Source: Euryarchaeota archaeon RBG_16_67_27
Lineage (GTDB): Archaea > Thermoplasmatota > Thermoplasmata > RBG-16-68-12
Assembly: GCA_001800745.1 (NCBI GenBank)
Contig: MGVZ01000047.1
Coordinates: forward strand, 930-42,980
Reading direction: 5' to 3'
Length of the DNA: 42,051 nucleotides
This document shows, in pieces, positions 17,205 to 25,750 of this stretch (its first letter is position 1; the number at the start of each line of letters is the position of its first letter). The position numbers were made by a program, and so were the translations under genes. The notes under the pieces are model-generated. The model saw nothing but the letters and a program-made list of their open reading frames with translations, was not told the DNA's origin and made no database searches.

Positions 17205-18725
17205 ATGGCGAGCCTCGACTACGCACACCGTCGCCTCGTGAACACGCTCGGCCCCGAGCGCGTCGCGCGCGGCGAGTTGGAGCGGATGGTCTACAGCCAC
17301 GACTTCGCGGCGCTCCCGAAGCTCGTCCTTGCCCAGTGGCGCCTCTACCCGGACTTCGTCGTCCTCCCGCAGACGACGGAGGAGGTCTCCCAGGTCGTCC
17401 GCCTGAGCGACGAGACGGGCCTGCCGATCACGCCCCGGGGCGGCGGCACGGGGATGTTCGGCGCCTCCGTGCCGAACCGCGGCGGCGTCCTCATCGATCT
17501 GCGGAAGATGTCGAAGGTCATCGCATTTGACGCGGAGAACCGGACGGCGACCGTCGAGGCCGGCGCGACGTGGGCCGCGGTCGAGGGATACCTGCGCTCG
17601 AAGGGGTTCGCGCTCCCCGTCGTGCCCGCGGCCGCACCCGCGAGCACGGTCGGCGGGGCGATCAACGGCGGCGGCGTGGGCTACGGCTCGTTCCGCCACG
17701 GTCCGCTCCGCGCGCACGTCCTCGACCTCGAGGTCGTGCTGCCCGACGGGAGCGTCATGCGGACGGGGGACGCGCGGGAGTCAGGGGGCGCATTCGCGGA
17801 CCTCACGGCTGCGTTCTTTGGCGCGGAGGGCACCCTCGGGATCGTCACGAAGGCCGTCCTGAGGATCCGCCCGAAGCCGGAGGAGTCGAAGGCCGCTGCG
17901 TACGCGTTCCCGGACCTCGCGTCGGGCGCGGCGTTCCTCACACGGATCGTCGAGACGGGCGAGACCCCGTTCCACGTCGCACTCATCGATCGCGAGCATC
18001 TCACGTTCGAACGCGCGGTCCGCGCGGAGACGCCGGATCCCGCGGACATCGCCATCGTCACTTTCGAAGGGACGAAGGACGAGATCCCCCTCCAGGAGAA
18101 GGCGATCGACGCCCTCGCGGCTGCGGGGAACGGGACGAAGCTCGCGTCCGAAGTCGCCGCGGACCTGTGGGCCCGGCGACACATCCGCTACGGCGCGCGG
18201 CGCCTGAGCCGCGGGCTCGTCGTCTCGTCGAACTTGGTGCCCGTCGCACGGCTCGGCGAGGCGATCGCCCGGACCCAGGCCCTCATCCGCCGGCACAAGG
18301 TCAACGCGGCGATCCAGGTCGCCCTCGTCGACTCGACGACCGCCGCCCTGAGCCCCTACGCCCTCATGGACGACACGACGCTCTCTGGCGGGACGACGCT
18401 CGGTTTCGTGAAGAAGATGGGCGACCTCGCGATCGAAATCGGCGGCCACCCGATCGGCCTGGGCCTCCTCATGGTGTTCAACCTGCGGAAGATGCACGGC
18501 CGGGCGACGGGCTCGATGGGGGCGGTGAAGCAGGTGTTCGATCCCGGCCGCAAGGTGAACGCGGGGAAGACGATCGAGGTCTGGACGAAGTTCAACTGGC
18601 CCCTGATCAACGTGATCCCGCCGCCGTTCATGGAGTTCGGGTTGAACGTCGCCGCGGCCCTTCGCCGGGCGAAGCCATTCCGGGACAGGTTCCTGAAGGC
18701 GTACGAGCGGCAGGGAGGCGCCTGA
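17205..18725 (+). CDS. FAD-binding oxidoreductase, GlcD/D-lactate dehydrogenase-like (VAO/PCMH fold)
   Basis: VYSHD, PDFVVLP, PRGGGTG, STVGG, LEVVLPDG, GAEGTLGIVTKA, KQVFDP..VNAGK. ATG at 17205 after GGAG. Confidence 0.85.
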   Translation: MASLDYAHRRLVNTLGPERVARGELERMVYSHDFAALPKLVLAQWRLYPDFVVLPQTTEEVSQVVRLSDETGLPITPRGGGTGMFGASVPNRGGVLIDLRKMSKVIAFDAENRTATVEAGATWAAVEGYLRSKGFALPVVPAAAPASTVGGAINGGGVGYGSFRHGPLRAHVLDLEVVLPDGSVMRTGDARESGGAFADLTAAFFGAEGTLGIVTKAVLRIRPKPEESKAAAYAFPDLASGAAFLTRIVETGETPFHVALIDREHLTFERAVRAETPDPADIAIVTFEGTKDEIPLQEKAIDALAAAGNGTKLASEVAADLWARRHIRYGARRLSRGLVVSSNLVPVARLGEAIARTQALIRRHKVNAAIQVALVDSTTAALSPYALMDDTTLSGGTTLGFVKKMGDLAIEIGGHPIGLGLLMVFNLRKMHGRATGSMGAVKQVFDPGRKVNAGKTIEVWTKFNWPLINVIPPPFMEFGLNVAAALRRAKPFRDRFLKAYERQGGA

Positions 18726-18726
18726 C

Positions 18727-20157
18727 ATGGGCCTCCTCAGGGACTGGACCTTTGTGGAGGAGAGGACGCGGATCCCCGCGCTGTCCGAGATCGTCCGCGA
18801 GGCGCTCGTCCGCGCCCTGTTCTGCCGGGACGACCGCGTCCTCCCGCGGGAGGTCATCGCCGTCCTGTCGCGGCCGCCCGCGGTGACCGTGAAGGTCCAC
18901 GACGACGGCGAGATCCGCAAGCTCGTCGCGTTCGCGAACGGGGAGGAGACGTCCGCGAACCTCGGGTTCTCCGCGGAGGACTACCACTACTTCCGGAAGC
19001 AGCTCAGCGTCGGTCGCGCGACGGAGATCGGGTTCGCGCCGCGGCCGAAGACCCTCCTCACGTACGACTGGATGATCCCCGAGCCCCGCGGGATCCTCCT
19101 CGACTTCTCCGCGTACGCAGGGATCGAGATCCCCGACCGGGGCGAACGGGCCGTGGCCCAGGTCGGAGCGACGTGGAAGGCCGCGTACGACGCGGCGCTC
19201 GCGTCCGGCCACATCCTGCCGTTCGTGCCCGCGGTGCCCCTCGACTTCGCAATCGGCGACGGGATCTGGGGGGACGCCCCCTTCGTCGGGTACGACGCGG
19301 ACTTCGCCTCCTGCGTCCTCGCCCTCCGGACGATCTCCGCGTACGGCCACCGCACCCAGGTGGGCTTCCAGGACGTGTCGAACGAAGGGACGGGGTACGA
19401 TCTCCTGCACCTGATCCTCCCGCACGCGGCGGAGTTCTTCATCCCCGTCGCCGTGGCCGTGCGGCTCCTCCCTCGTCCCGCGGCACGCAAGACGCTGACG
19501 TACCGGTTCGACGACCCGGGCAAGCTCGGGCTCGCCCTGGACCGGCTCACCCGCTCAGGCCGCTCCGCGTGGTGGGCGAACCTCACGGACGCGGGCGCGT
19601 CCGCCCTCCTGTGGCCCGGCACGGCCCCTGAGCCGTTCACGCTCCAGGTCGCGGTGTGCGGCACGGAGGCGGCCCTCGCAGGAAGGGAAAAGGCGCTCGA
19701 CGCGCTCCTCGCCGGGTTCAAGGCGAAGGCCGCAGACGTCCCGAACCCCTACGACGTGCCGGAGGCCGCGTACCGGAAGACCGCGGACCGCATCGGGCGC
19801 GCCCTGTTCGTCGGAGAGGTCCGTCTGCCCTCGCGTGCCGTGCCGGACCTCCACGGGAAACTCACCGCGCTCGCCCAGCAGGCGGGGACGAAGGTCCACC
19901 TCTTCGCCGCACTCCGGGGGACGGGCACGGCGTCCGCGTTCCCCGCATTCGAGGCGCAGAAGGACCGCACCCGTACGTACGACCTCTCCAAGGGCGTCGA
20001 CCGCGTCGCGGGGACGATCCCGGGCGCCCTATTCGCGTCCCGGCTCGCGCATCTCTGGCGGGAGGACGAGGAATACGTCCGACGGGTCCGTCTCCTCCGG
20101 GCCCTGAAGCTCGAGATCGATGCGGCCCACGTCGTCCAGCCGCTCGCGGCGGTCTGA
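18727..20157 (+). CDS. Divergent FAD-binding (PCMH-fold, GlcE-like) protein
   Basis: GILLDFS...AVAQVGATW, NEGTGYDLLHL (compare GlcD/E N.tGYDL), and C-terminal LKLEIDAAHVVQP. Starts 1 nt after the upstream paralog's stop. Confidence 0.6.
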   Translation: MGLLRDWTFVEERTRIPALSEIVREALVRALFCRDDRVLPREVIAVLSRPPAVTVKVHDDGEIRKLVAFANGEETSANLGFSAEDYHYFRKQLSVGRATEIGFAPRPKTLLTYDWMIPEPRGILLDFSAYAGIEIPDRGERAVAQVGATWKAAYDAALASGHILPFVPAVPLDFAIGDGIWGDAPFVGYDADFASCVLALRTISAYGHRTQVGFQDVSNEGTGYDLLHLILPHAAEFFIPVAVAVRLLPRPAARKTLTYRFDDPGKLGLALDRLTRSGRSAWWANLTDAGASALLWPGTAPEPFTLQVAVCGTEAALAGREKALDALLAGFKAKAADVPNPYDVPEAAYRKTADRIGRALFVGEVRLPSRAVPDLHGKLTALAQQAGTKVHLFAALRGTGTASAFPAFEAQKDRTRTYDLSKGVDRVAGTIPGALFASRLAHLWREDEEYVRRVRLLRALKLEIDAAHVVQPLAAV

Positions 20158-20158
20158 G

Positions 20159-20680
20159 TCACACGCCCGTCCACGGGACGCCCTTGTACGGGCTCATCAC
20201 GATCTGGGACCGGACGTCCCGGATCCCGTCCATCCGCAGGTCGCGGTCGAGGAACGCGTGGAGCTCCGTCATGTCCACGAAGAGCATCACGCACAGGACG
20301 TCGTGGTCCCCTGTCACCCGGTAGACGGCGACCGCACGGCTGTGCGCGCACAGGCGGGCGACGACGCGCTCCCGGTGCGAGGGATCGATCGCGAGGTGCA
20401 CATACACCTTCACGGGGTTCTCGATCAGCTGGTAGTTCAGGTAGCAGGAGTACCCCTGGATGATCCCCTTGTCTTCGAGGGCCTTGATCCGGCGCCGAAT
20501 CGTCGCCTCGGAGATCTTGAGCTGCCGGGCGATCTCGACGTTCGAGAGACGCGCGTTCTCGCGGAGCTTGCTCAGCACGCGGACGTCGACCTCATCGATC
20601 GGGAGCAGACGGAGGTCGAGTCCCTTCCACCGCTCCGCGAGGACGATGTGGTCGCGCACCTTTCCGATCGTGGGAATCAC
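20159..20680 (-). CDS. Lrp/AsnC family transcriptional regulator
   Basis: IDEVDVRVLSKLRENARLSNVEIARQLKISEATIRRRIKALEDKGIIQGY (HTH) and YRVTGDHD (RAM domain). GTG start at 20680 after GGAAGG. Confidence 0.9.
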   Translation of the reverse strand: MIPTIGKVRDHIVLAERWKGLDLRLLPIDEVDVRVLSKLRENARLSNVEIARQLKISEATIRRRIKALEDKGIIQGYSCYLNYQLIENPVKVYVHLAIDPSHRERVVARLCAHSRAVAVYRVTGDHDVLCVMLFVDMTELHAFLDRDLRMDGIRDVRSQIVMSPYKGVPWTGV

Positions 20681-20778
20681 CCTTCCGTCGGTCCCGCGTC
20701 GTCCCGGGACGCGGCCGCGACGAAATCCGCCGGGACCGTGGAGGAATCCTGCGCGGTCGGATGAACCCTCGCCCCGGC

Positions 20779-21102
20779 TCACATCTGGGGCGCACCGCAC
20801 GCGGGGCAGATCGCCTGCCCCGGCGCCAGGACGGTCAGGCACGCGATGCAGCGATCCGTGCGGATCTTGACGGGAAACATGGAGACGAAGATCCCCAGCG
20901 GGATGAACACGAGGGCGAGCGCGTAGTTCGCGGTCACGATCCCCTCGAGCCCGATCGCGACGAGGAACACCCCCGCAATCTTCATGATCACGATCAGCCG
21001 CTGGACCTTCGGCAGGTTCTTGATCGTCGCGATCTCCTGCCGGTACGTCATGCGCGGGGCCTTGCGCGCTTTGCGGACGGTCTCCGTCGCGGGCGCGGTC
21101 AT
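20779..21102 (-). CDS. Small two-TM membrane protein with C-terminal zinc ribbon
   Basis: Two hydrophobic segments, then CIAC-x10-CPACG. Directly abuts the ferredoxin gene. Confidence 0.75.
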   Translation of the reverse strand: MTAPATETVRKARKAPRMTYRQEIATIKNLPKVQRLIVIMKIAGVFLVAIGLEGIVTANYALALVFIPLGIFVSMFPVKIRTDRCIACLTVLAPGQAICPACGAPQM

Positions 21103-21588
21103 TCAGGCCCCCTCGGGTCGTGCCGCGGGCGCGGCCGGCGGCGGCGCGGGCTTCGCCAAGGGCGCGGCGGGCGGGGTCGTCGAGACGAGCTTCCCGTCCC
21201 TCATCTCAAAACCGTGCTTCGGGAGCATCGTGATCGCGTCGACGGGGCATACGATCGCGCACTTCTCGCAGCCCACGCAGTTGTCGTACACGATCACCGC
21301 CTTCCGCGAGGTGTAGGAGAAGTCCGGGAGGGCGAACTTCCGGTCCGCCATCGCGATCGCCTCGAACGCACAGTTGTCGAAGCAGTGCGTGCAGCCCATG
21401 CACACGGCCTCGTCGACCTCCGCGACCGTCCCCCGGCCACGGATGAACTCCTGCGTCCGGCCCCGGTAGAACGGCTTGTAGCGGTCCTTCGCAAGCTGCA
21501 GGTTCGCCTGGCGGATGCCGCGGTAGTACTCGACGACGGGGTCCAGGGGAGGAGCGTCGGCCGGCACCGCGCCGACGGGCGTCGCCAT
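21103..21588 (-). CDS. 2x[4Fe-4S] ferredoxin-domain protein with Pro/Ala-rich tail
   Basis: CMGCTHCFDNCA and CVGCEKCAIVCP. ATG at 21588 overlaps the upstream stop. Confidence 0.9.
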   Translation of the reverse strand: MATPVGAVPADAPPLDPVVEYYRGIRQANLQLAKDRYKPFYRGRTQEFIRGRGTVAEVDEAVCMGCTHCFDNCAFEAIAMADRKFALPDFSYTSRKAVIVYDNCVGCEKCAIVCPVDAITMLPKHGFEMRDGKLVSTTPPAAPLAKPAPPPAAPAARPEGA

Positions 21589-22553
21589 CAGCCGCCTCCC
21601 TTCCGCCCCGGCGGCGGGGGCTGCGTCCGCTTCGGGTCCACGTTGCCCCCGGTCGGGTAGTCGCCGGGCAGGCTCTCCGCGAGGAACTGGGTGATGTCCA
21701 TCACGCGGTACCGGAACCGCTCCTCCTCGGGCCGCCACTTGTTCTCGTGGTGGAGGCAGCCGAAGTGGGTGAGGCACTTCGGGCACGCGGTCAGGAGGAC
21801 GTCTGCGTCGACCTCCGCGGCCTCGTCCATCCGCATCCGCGTGAGGCCCTTCGTCTTGTCGTTGCAGTACATCATCTGCGCGACTCCACAGCACTGCGCG
21901 TCCGCGCGGAAGGTCTTGAGCTCGACGAGTTCCGCGTTGTCCACCCGCTTGATCAGCTCCCGGGGCTCCTCGTAGACGGGGTCGACGGGCATCTGCCGGC
22001 ACGAGCGGCACGGGTCCTGGTACGCGACGCGGATTCGCTTCGCGGATTCCCCCCGCGGCGGGATGCGGAGGCCGCGCTCGTAGAGGATCTGTGTGATGTG
22101 CACGACCCTCACGCCGTCGAGCTTGTAGTCGAGCTTGAACGTCCGGTAGCCCTCCGCACACGACGTGACGAGGGTCTTCACGCCGAGCATCTTGATGATC
22201 TTCGTGTTGTAGTCGCGCATCTTCCGGAAGACGTCGACCTTCCCCTGCCACAGCTGGTCGTGGCCGCAGCACTTCATGAAGGAGCGGTCGAGGATCATCG
22301 GCTCGATCCCGACGGCCCGGAGGAGCTTGATCGAGGAGTCGAAGATGATCCCGTGGTTCGTGTCCCCGTAGTTCGTGTGGGAGAACTGCATCTCCTGGTC
22401 GTAGTAGTCCACGCACCCCGGGTAGTATGCGTACTCCGACGCGTGGGCGACCTTGATCTCCGGGACCGTGGTGTCGTCCGCCTCCGCGTCCAGGAGCCGG
22501 AAGAGGACGGGATGCGGGATCGTCCGGCCGGGACCGTACTCCGTGTCCATCAT
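21588..22553 (-). CDS. CCG-domain Fe-S protein (HdrD/HdrB/GlcF-like)
   Basis: Two cysteine-rich CCG domains: YYPGC...KCCG...TSCAEG and YQDPC...QCCG...TACPKC. Confidence 0.9.
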   Translation of the reverse strand: MMDTEYGPGRTIPHPVLFRLLDAEADDTTVPEIKVAHASEYAYYPGCVDYYDQEMQFSHTNYGDTNHGIIFDSSIKLLRAVGIEPMILDRSFMKCCGHDQLWQGKVDVFRKMRDYNTKIIKMLGVKTLVTSCAEGYRTFKLDYKLDGVRVVHITQILYERGLRIPPRGESAKRIRVAYQDPCRSCRQMPVDPVYEEPRELIKRVDNAELVELKTFRADAQCCGVAQMMYCNDKTKGLTRMRMDEAAEVDADVLLTACPKCLTHFGCLHHENKWRPEEERFRYRVMDITQFLAESLPGDYPTGGNVDPKRTQPPPPGRKGGG

Positions 22554-23869
22554 TCGGGCTCACCGCCGTCCGCCGCGATCCGGCCCGCGCTCTTCGCCCT
22601 CTCCTCGAGGATGTAGTCGCTGTACTTGATGTCGAGCGGGCAGACCGCGCTGCACGCGTCGCACGCGAGGCACGTCCAAAGCGGCACGCCGTCGTGCTGC
22701 TTCTTGAACGTGTTGTACACGAGGTTCAGGCCGCCGCGGGCGTCGTCCTCGACCTTGGTCACCGGGCACACCGTGTGGCACTTGCCGCACTGGTAGCACT
22801 CGTTGAGGAGGTACTCGTACGTGCTGTACGGCCGCCGGAGGCCGAACCATGCGGTGAGCACGACGAACGCCGGAAGGAACAGGAGGGTGTTCATGTTCGG
22901 GTACAGGACGTACAGGACCCAAACCATCGTGTCGCCTCCCGTCGCGTCGTACCACGCGAACAGACCGAGGAACCCCGCGAGGCCGGCGGCCCCGGTCAGG
23001 AGGACGGCCTTCCGGGCCGTCGCCTCGGGCAGCAGGACCACGGCGAGCGCGGTCACCCCTGCGGTCCCGCAGAGGACCGCGAGGAACAGGGAGAGCGGCA
23101 CGAGGTGCGGCTGGCTGTAGAGGGGCAGGCTGCCGGGCTGAAGGAGCAGGAGGAGCGCGTGCAGGATGACGATCAGGAATCCCGCGCCGGAGAGGGGCAC
23201 GATCCAGCTGCGCATCGGGCGGAAGCCCAGCCGCCGCAGGCCGACGTAGGTCGCGAGCCCGACGAGGATCGGCGGGACGAGGAAGAACCACTTCATCGTG
23301 TCGTCCGGGATCAGCGGGAGGACCCTGCGGACGTCCGGGCTCGGGTCGATGTCGGGCGTGGACCAGCGCTCCGCGACGACCTCGCGGATCGAGTAGAGGG
23401 ACGCGGTGAAGATCGAGACGATCCCCGCGAGGCCCACGGCGGACCGGACGGGCGCCTTCGCGGGGCGCGCCTCGCGACCCCGGTCAAGGAACGGGAGCAG
23501 GATCAGGGCGATGATCGGGATCCCGCTGAGGAGGTCCCCCCAGAGCTGCGGGCTGAACCGGACGGGACCGAGGGAGAACTGCGGGAAAATGTCCGCGACC
23601 TTGAGGAGGCCCCAGGAGAAGAGCAGGTACCAGTCCGGGACGATGAGCTCGGACACCTGGGGACTCCGCGCGGGGCCGAGGAACGGGGTCACGAACGCGG
23701 AGAGGAAGAACATGAGCGCGACGAGGAGGAAGATCACGACGAGGTCCCGCGTGGCCTCCTGGGGCCAGAGCGGGATCCCGGGCTGGTGGTCCGTCCGCGC
23801 GGGGCCGTACTGCCGGGTGAACCCGGGCCGGTCCTCGAACACCCGCTCCCGCACCTTCTCGAGTTCCAT
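22550..23869 (-). CDS. petD: Cytochrome b6f subunit IV-like (PetD) protein fused to extra TM helices and an HdrC-like 2x[4Fe-4S] domain
   Basis: N-terminal PLWP, IVPDWYLL (PEWY-like Qo motif) and LLPFLDRG. Several additional TM helices. C-terminal CYQCGKCHTVCP and WTCLACDACSAVCP. ATG at 23869 after GAGGTG. Confidence 0.88.
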   Translation of the reverse strand: MELEKVRERVFEDRPGFTRQYGPARTDHQPGIPLWPQEATRDLVVIFLLVALMFFLSAFVTPFLGPARSPQVSELIVPDWYLLFSWGLLKVADIFPQFSLGPVRFSPQLWGDLLSGIPIIALILLPFLDRGREARPAKAPVRSAVGLAGIVSIFTASLYSIREVVAERWSTPDIDPSPDVRRVLPLIPDDTMKWFFLVPPILVGLATYVGLRRLGFRPMRSWIVPLSGAGFLIVILHALLLLLQPGSLPLYSQPHLVPLSLFLAVLCGTAGVTALAVVLLPEATARKAVLLTGAAGLAGFLGLFAWYDATGGDTMVWVLYVLYPNMNTLLFLPAFVVLTAWFGLRRPYSTYEYLLNECYQCGKCHTVCPVTKVEDDARGGLNLVYNTFKKQHDGVPLWTCLACDACSAVCPLDIKYSDYILEERAKSAGRIAADGGEPE

Positions 23870-23877
23870 CGTGCACC

Positions 23878-24648
23878 TCAGTGGGGCTCCGCGACCCCCT
23901 GGATCCAGACGAGGGCCATGTGGAGGATCATGAGCACCGTCGCGACTAGGGGCAGGATGAAGACGTGGAGCCAGTACATCCGGAGGATGTAGATCCCCGA
24001 CAGCGTGCCGATGTCCCCCCACAGCAGGGTCGCGGCCGCGTCTCCGATGAACGGGGTCGCCCGCGTCATCTCGATCCCGATGTTCGCCGCGCCCTCGCTC
24101 AGGTTGTTCCCGGGCAGGAGGTAGCCGGAGTACCCGAAGAGGATCGTGAGCAGGAGGAGGACGACCCCGAGGAGCCAGTTCAGCTCCCGCGGCTTCTTGT
24201 ACGCCCCCGTGAAGTACACGCGACACATGTGAAGGAACACCGCGGCGACCATGATGTGCGCCGCCCAGTGGTGCATGCCGCGCACGATGAATCCGAACGG
24301 CACGTCGTTCATGATGTACAGCATCGACTGCCACGCCTTGTTCGTCACGTCGTCCTCAGGCCCCAGGAGCTGGTACGTGCCGTCGGGCACGTAAAAGAAG
24401 CCGAGGATGATCCCGGTGATCGTGAGGATGATGAACGCGACGAACGAGATCCCGCCGAGGCAGTACAGCGGGTACCAGTACCAGATCGTCTTCAGTTCGT
24501 ACTTCTCCGCGTGGCTCCGCGGCATCTGGCGCTGGTCCGTCTCGATCGCCTTACGGGTGAGGTCCACCCAGGGCGTCGTGGGGAATCTGTCGCGGATCCA
24601 GCCGACGACGGTCCTCTTCCCTTCCTGCCGGAGCGAGCTTCCCGCCAT
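23878..24648 (-). CDS. petB: Cytochrome b6-type (split) cytochrome b
   Basis: YCLGG, heme ligands H-x13-H (MHHWAAHIMVAAVFLH) and H-x14-H (LHVFILPLVATVLMILH), YKKPRELNW, GYLLP, C-terminal QGVAEPH. ATG at 24648. Confidence 0.95.
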   Translation of the reverse strand: MAGSSLRQEGKRTVVGWIRDRFPTTPWVDLTRKAIETDQRQMPRSHAEKYELKTIWYWYPLYCLGGISFVAFIILTITGIILGFFYVPDGTYQLLGPEDDVTNKAWQSMLYIMNDVPFGFIVRGMHHWAAHIMVAAVFLHMCRVYFTGAYKKPRELNWLLGVVLLLLTILFGYSGYLLPGNNLSEGAANIGIEMTRATPFIGDAAATLLWGDIGTLSGIYILRMYWLHVFILPLVATVLMILHMALVWIQGVAEPH

Positions 24649-24655
24649 GCTCCCC

Positions 24656-25447
24656 CTACCCACAGTAGACGTACCAGGCGGGGTCCGCCATGCCGCCGAC
24701 GAGGTTGCCGCCTTCGACCTTGACCGCGATGATCGGGAGCGCTCGGTCCGCGGGGCCATGGGTGTGGAGCGCCCCGACGTACGTCGCGTTGTTCCGCGGG
24801 TTCACGTGCTGGACGAGGGTCATCGGCTCGTACTGCGAGCCATGGCATACGCAGTAGATGGGGTCCTCTCCGTACTTCTCGTATGTCGGCGTGGGAGCGA
24901 TGTACCGCCGGTCCGGCGGCGGGTTGTCGACGACGTGCCATCCCGGATAGCAGCACAGGTGGACGCACCGGTCGAACGCGACGATGATCCGGACGCCCCG
25001 CGGCTGCCCCGTGTCCGGATCCACATCCGCGGTCGGGTCATCGTAGAAGAGCGAGAACCCCTCCGGCAGGCTGATGTCGTCCGGGGCCGCGAAGACGGTG
25101 TCGTCCCGCTTCACGCGGATCACGAGAACGGGGAACCCCGTGCCCGGCACGTGGGCGTCGTCCTGGAAGAGACCGCGCCACACGCCCGTCGCGCCCTCCC
25201 ACTCCTTGAAGTCGCCGACCTTCATGGGCGTGCCGACCTTCGAGTTCCACCACTGCGGGGTCGGGAATTTCGTGTAGAAGATCGTCTCGCGAATCTCGCC
25301 GGAGCGCTCGATCGGGGGCGGGACGAGCTGCCGCCCCGAGACGGCCCCGAGGGAGGCGAGCGTGCCGATTGCCCCGACGGTCATCCCGAGCTTGACCCAC
25401 TCCCGACGGGTCCAGCCCCGGTTCCTCTCGCCCTCTTCCCAGCTCAT
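24656..25447 (-). CDS. Rieske [2Fe-2S] protein with twin-arginine signal/anchor
   Basis: TRREWVK followed by a TM segment. Boxes CVHLCC and CVCHGSQY. GPADRALP. Confidence 0.93.
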   Translation of the reverse strand: MSWEEGERNRGWTRREWVKLGMTVGAIGTLASLGAVSGRQLVPPPIERSGEIRETIFYTKFPTPQWWNSKVGTPMKVGDFKEWEGATGVWRGLFQDDAHVPGTGFPVLVIRVKRDDTVFAAPDDISLPEGFSLFYDDPTADVDPDTGQPRGVRIIVAFDRCVHLCCYPGWHVVDNPPPDRRYIAPTPTYEKYGEDPIYCVCHGSQYEPMTLVQHVNPRNNATYVGALHTHGPADRALPIIAVKVEGGNLVGGMADPAWYVYCG

Positions 25448-25456
25448 CGATCTCCC

Positions 25457-25750
25457 TCAGCGGAACGTCCGCGGTGGAACAATCTTGGGCCTTCGGAGCT
25501 TGTGAATGAGCTCGTCCGGCATGAACTCTCTGCGATAAACGTCCGTCGCGACGGCCGCGAGGACGAAGACCATGCCGAGGAAGAGCGCCATGTACGTGTC
25601 CGTGAGGCCGTCGGAGACGCCGGCGGACACCTGGAGCGCGAGGAGGATCGCGAGCGCGGTGAACCAGAGAACACCCACGACGAGGCCGCCGATCGCGAGG
25701 GCGGCCATCGCGCTCCGGTGAGGCGGGTCCGTCCGGATGATCTCCGTCAC
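25457..25750 (-). CDS. Two-TM membrane protein, probable accessory subunit of the Rieske/cyt b complex
   Basis: Two TM helices followed by YRREFMPDE..K.RR.K. Located in the operon between the cupredoxin and Rieske genes. Confidence 0.75.
   Translation of the reverse strand: MTEIIRTDPPHRSAMAALAIGGLVVGVLWFTALAILLALQVSAGVSDGLTDTYMALFLGMVFVLAAVATDVYRREFMPDELIHKLRRPKIVPPRTFR

Noticed and set aside
20159-20680. Lrp-like gene as siroheme decarboxylase AhbA/B
   Set aside because: It shows the ordinary Lrp/AsnC HTH plus RAM pattern as a single gene, with no heme biosynthesis neighbours.
20685-20745. GC-rich inverted repeats (cggtcccg...cgggaccg) as a structured RNA or riboswitch
   Set aside because: Short GC stems arise by chance at this composition, and I recognised no RNA family motif.
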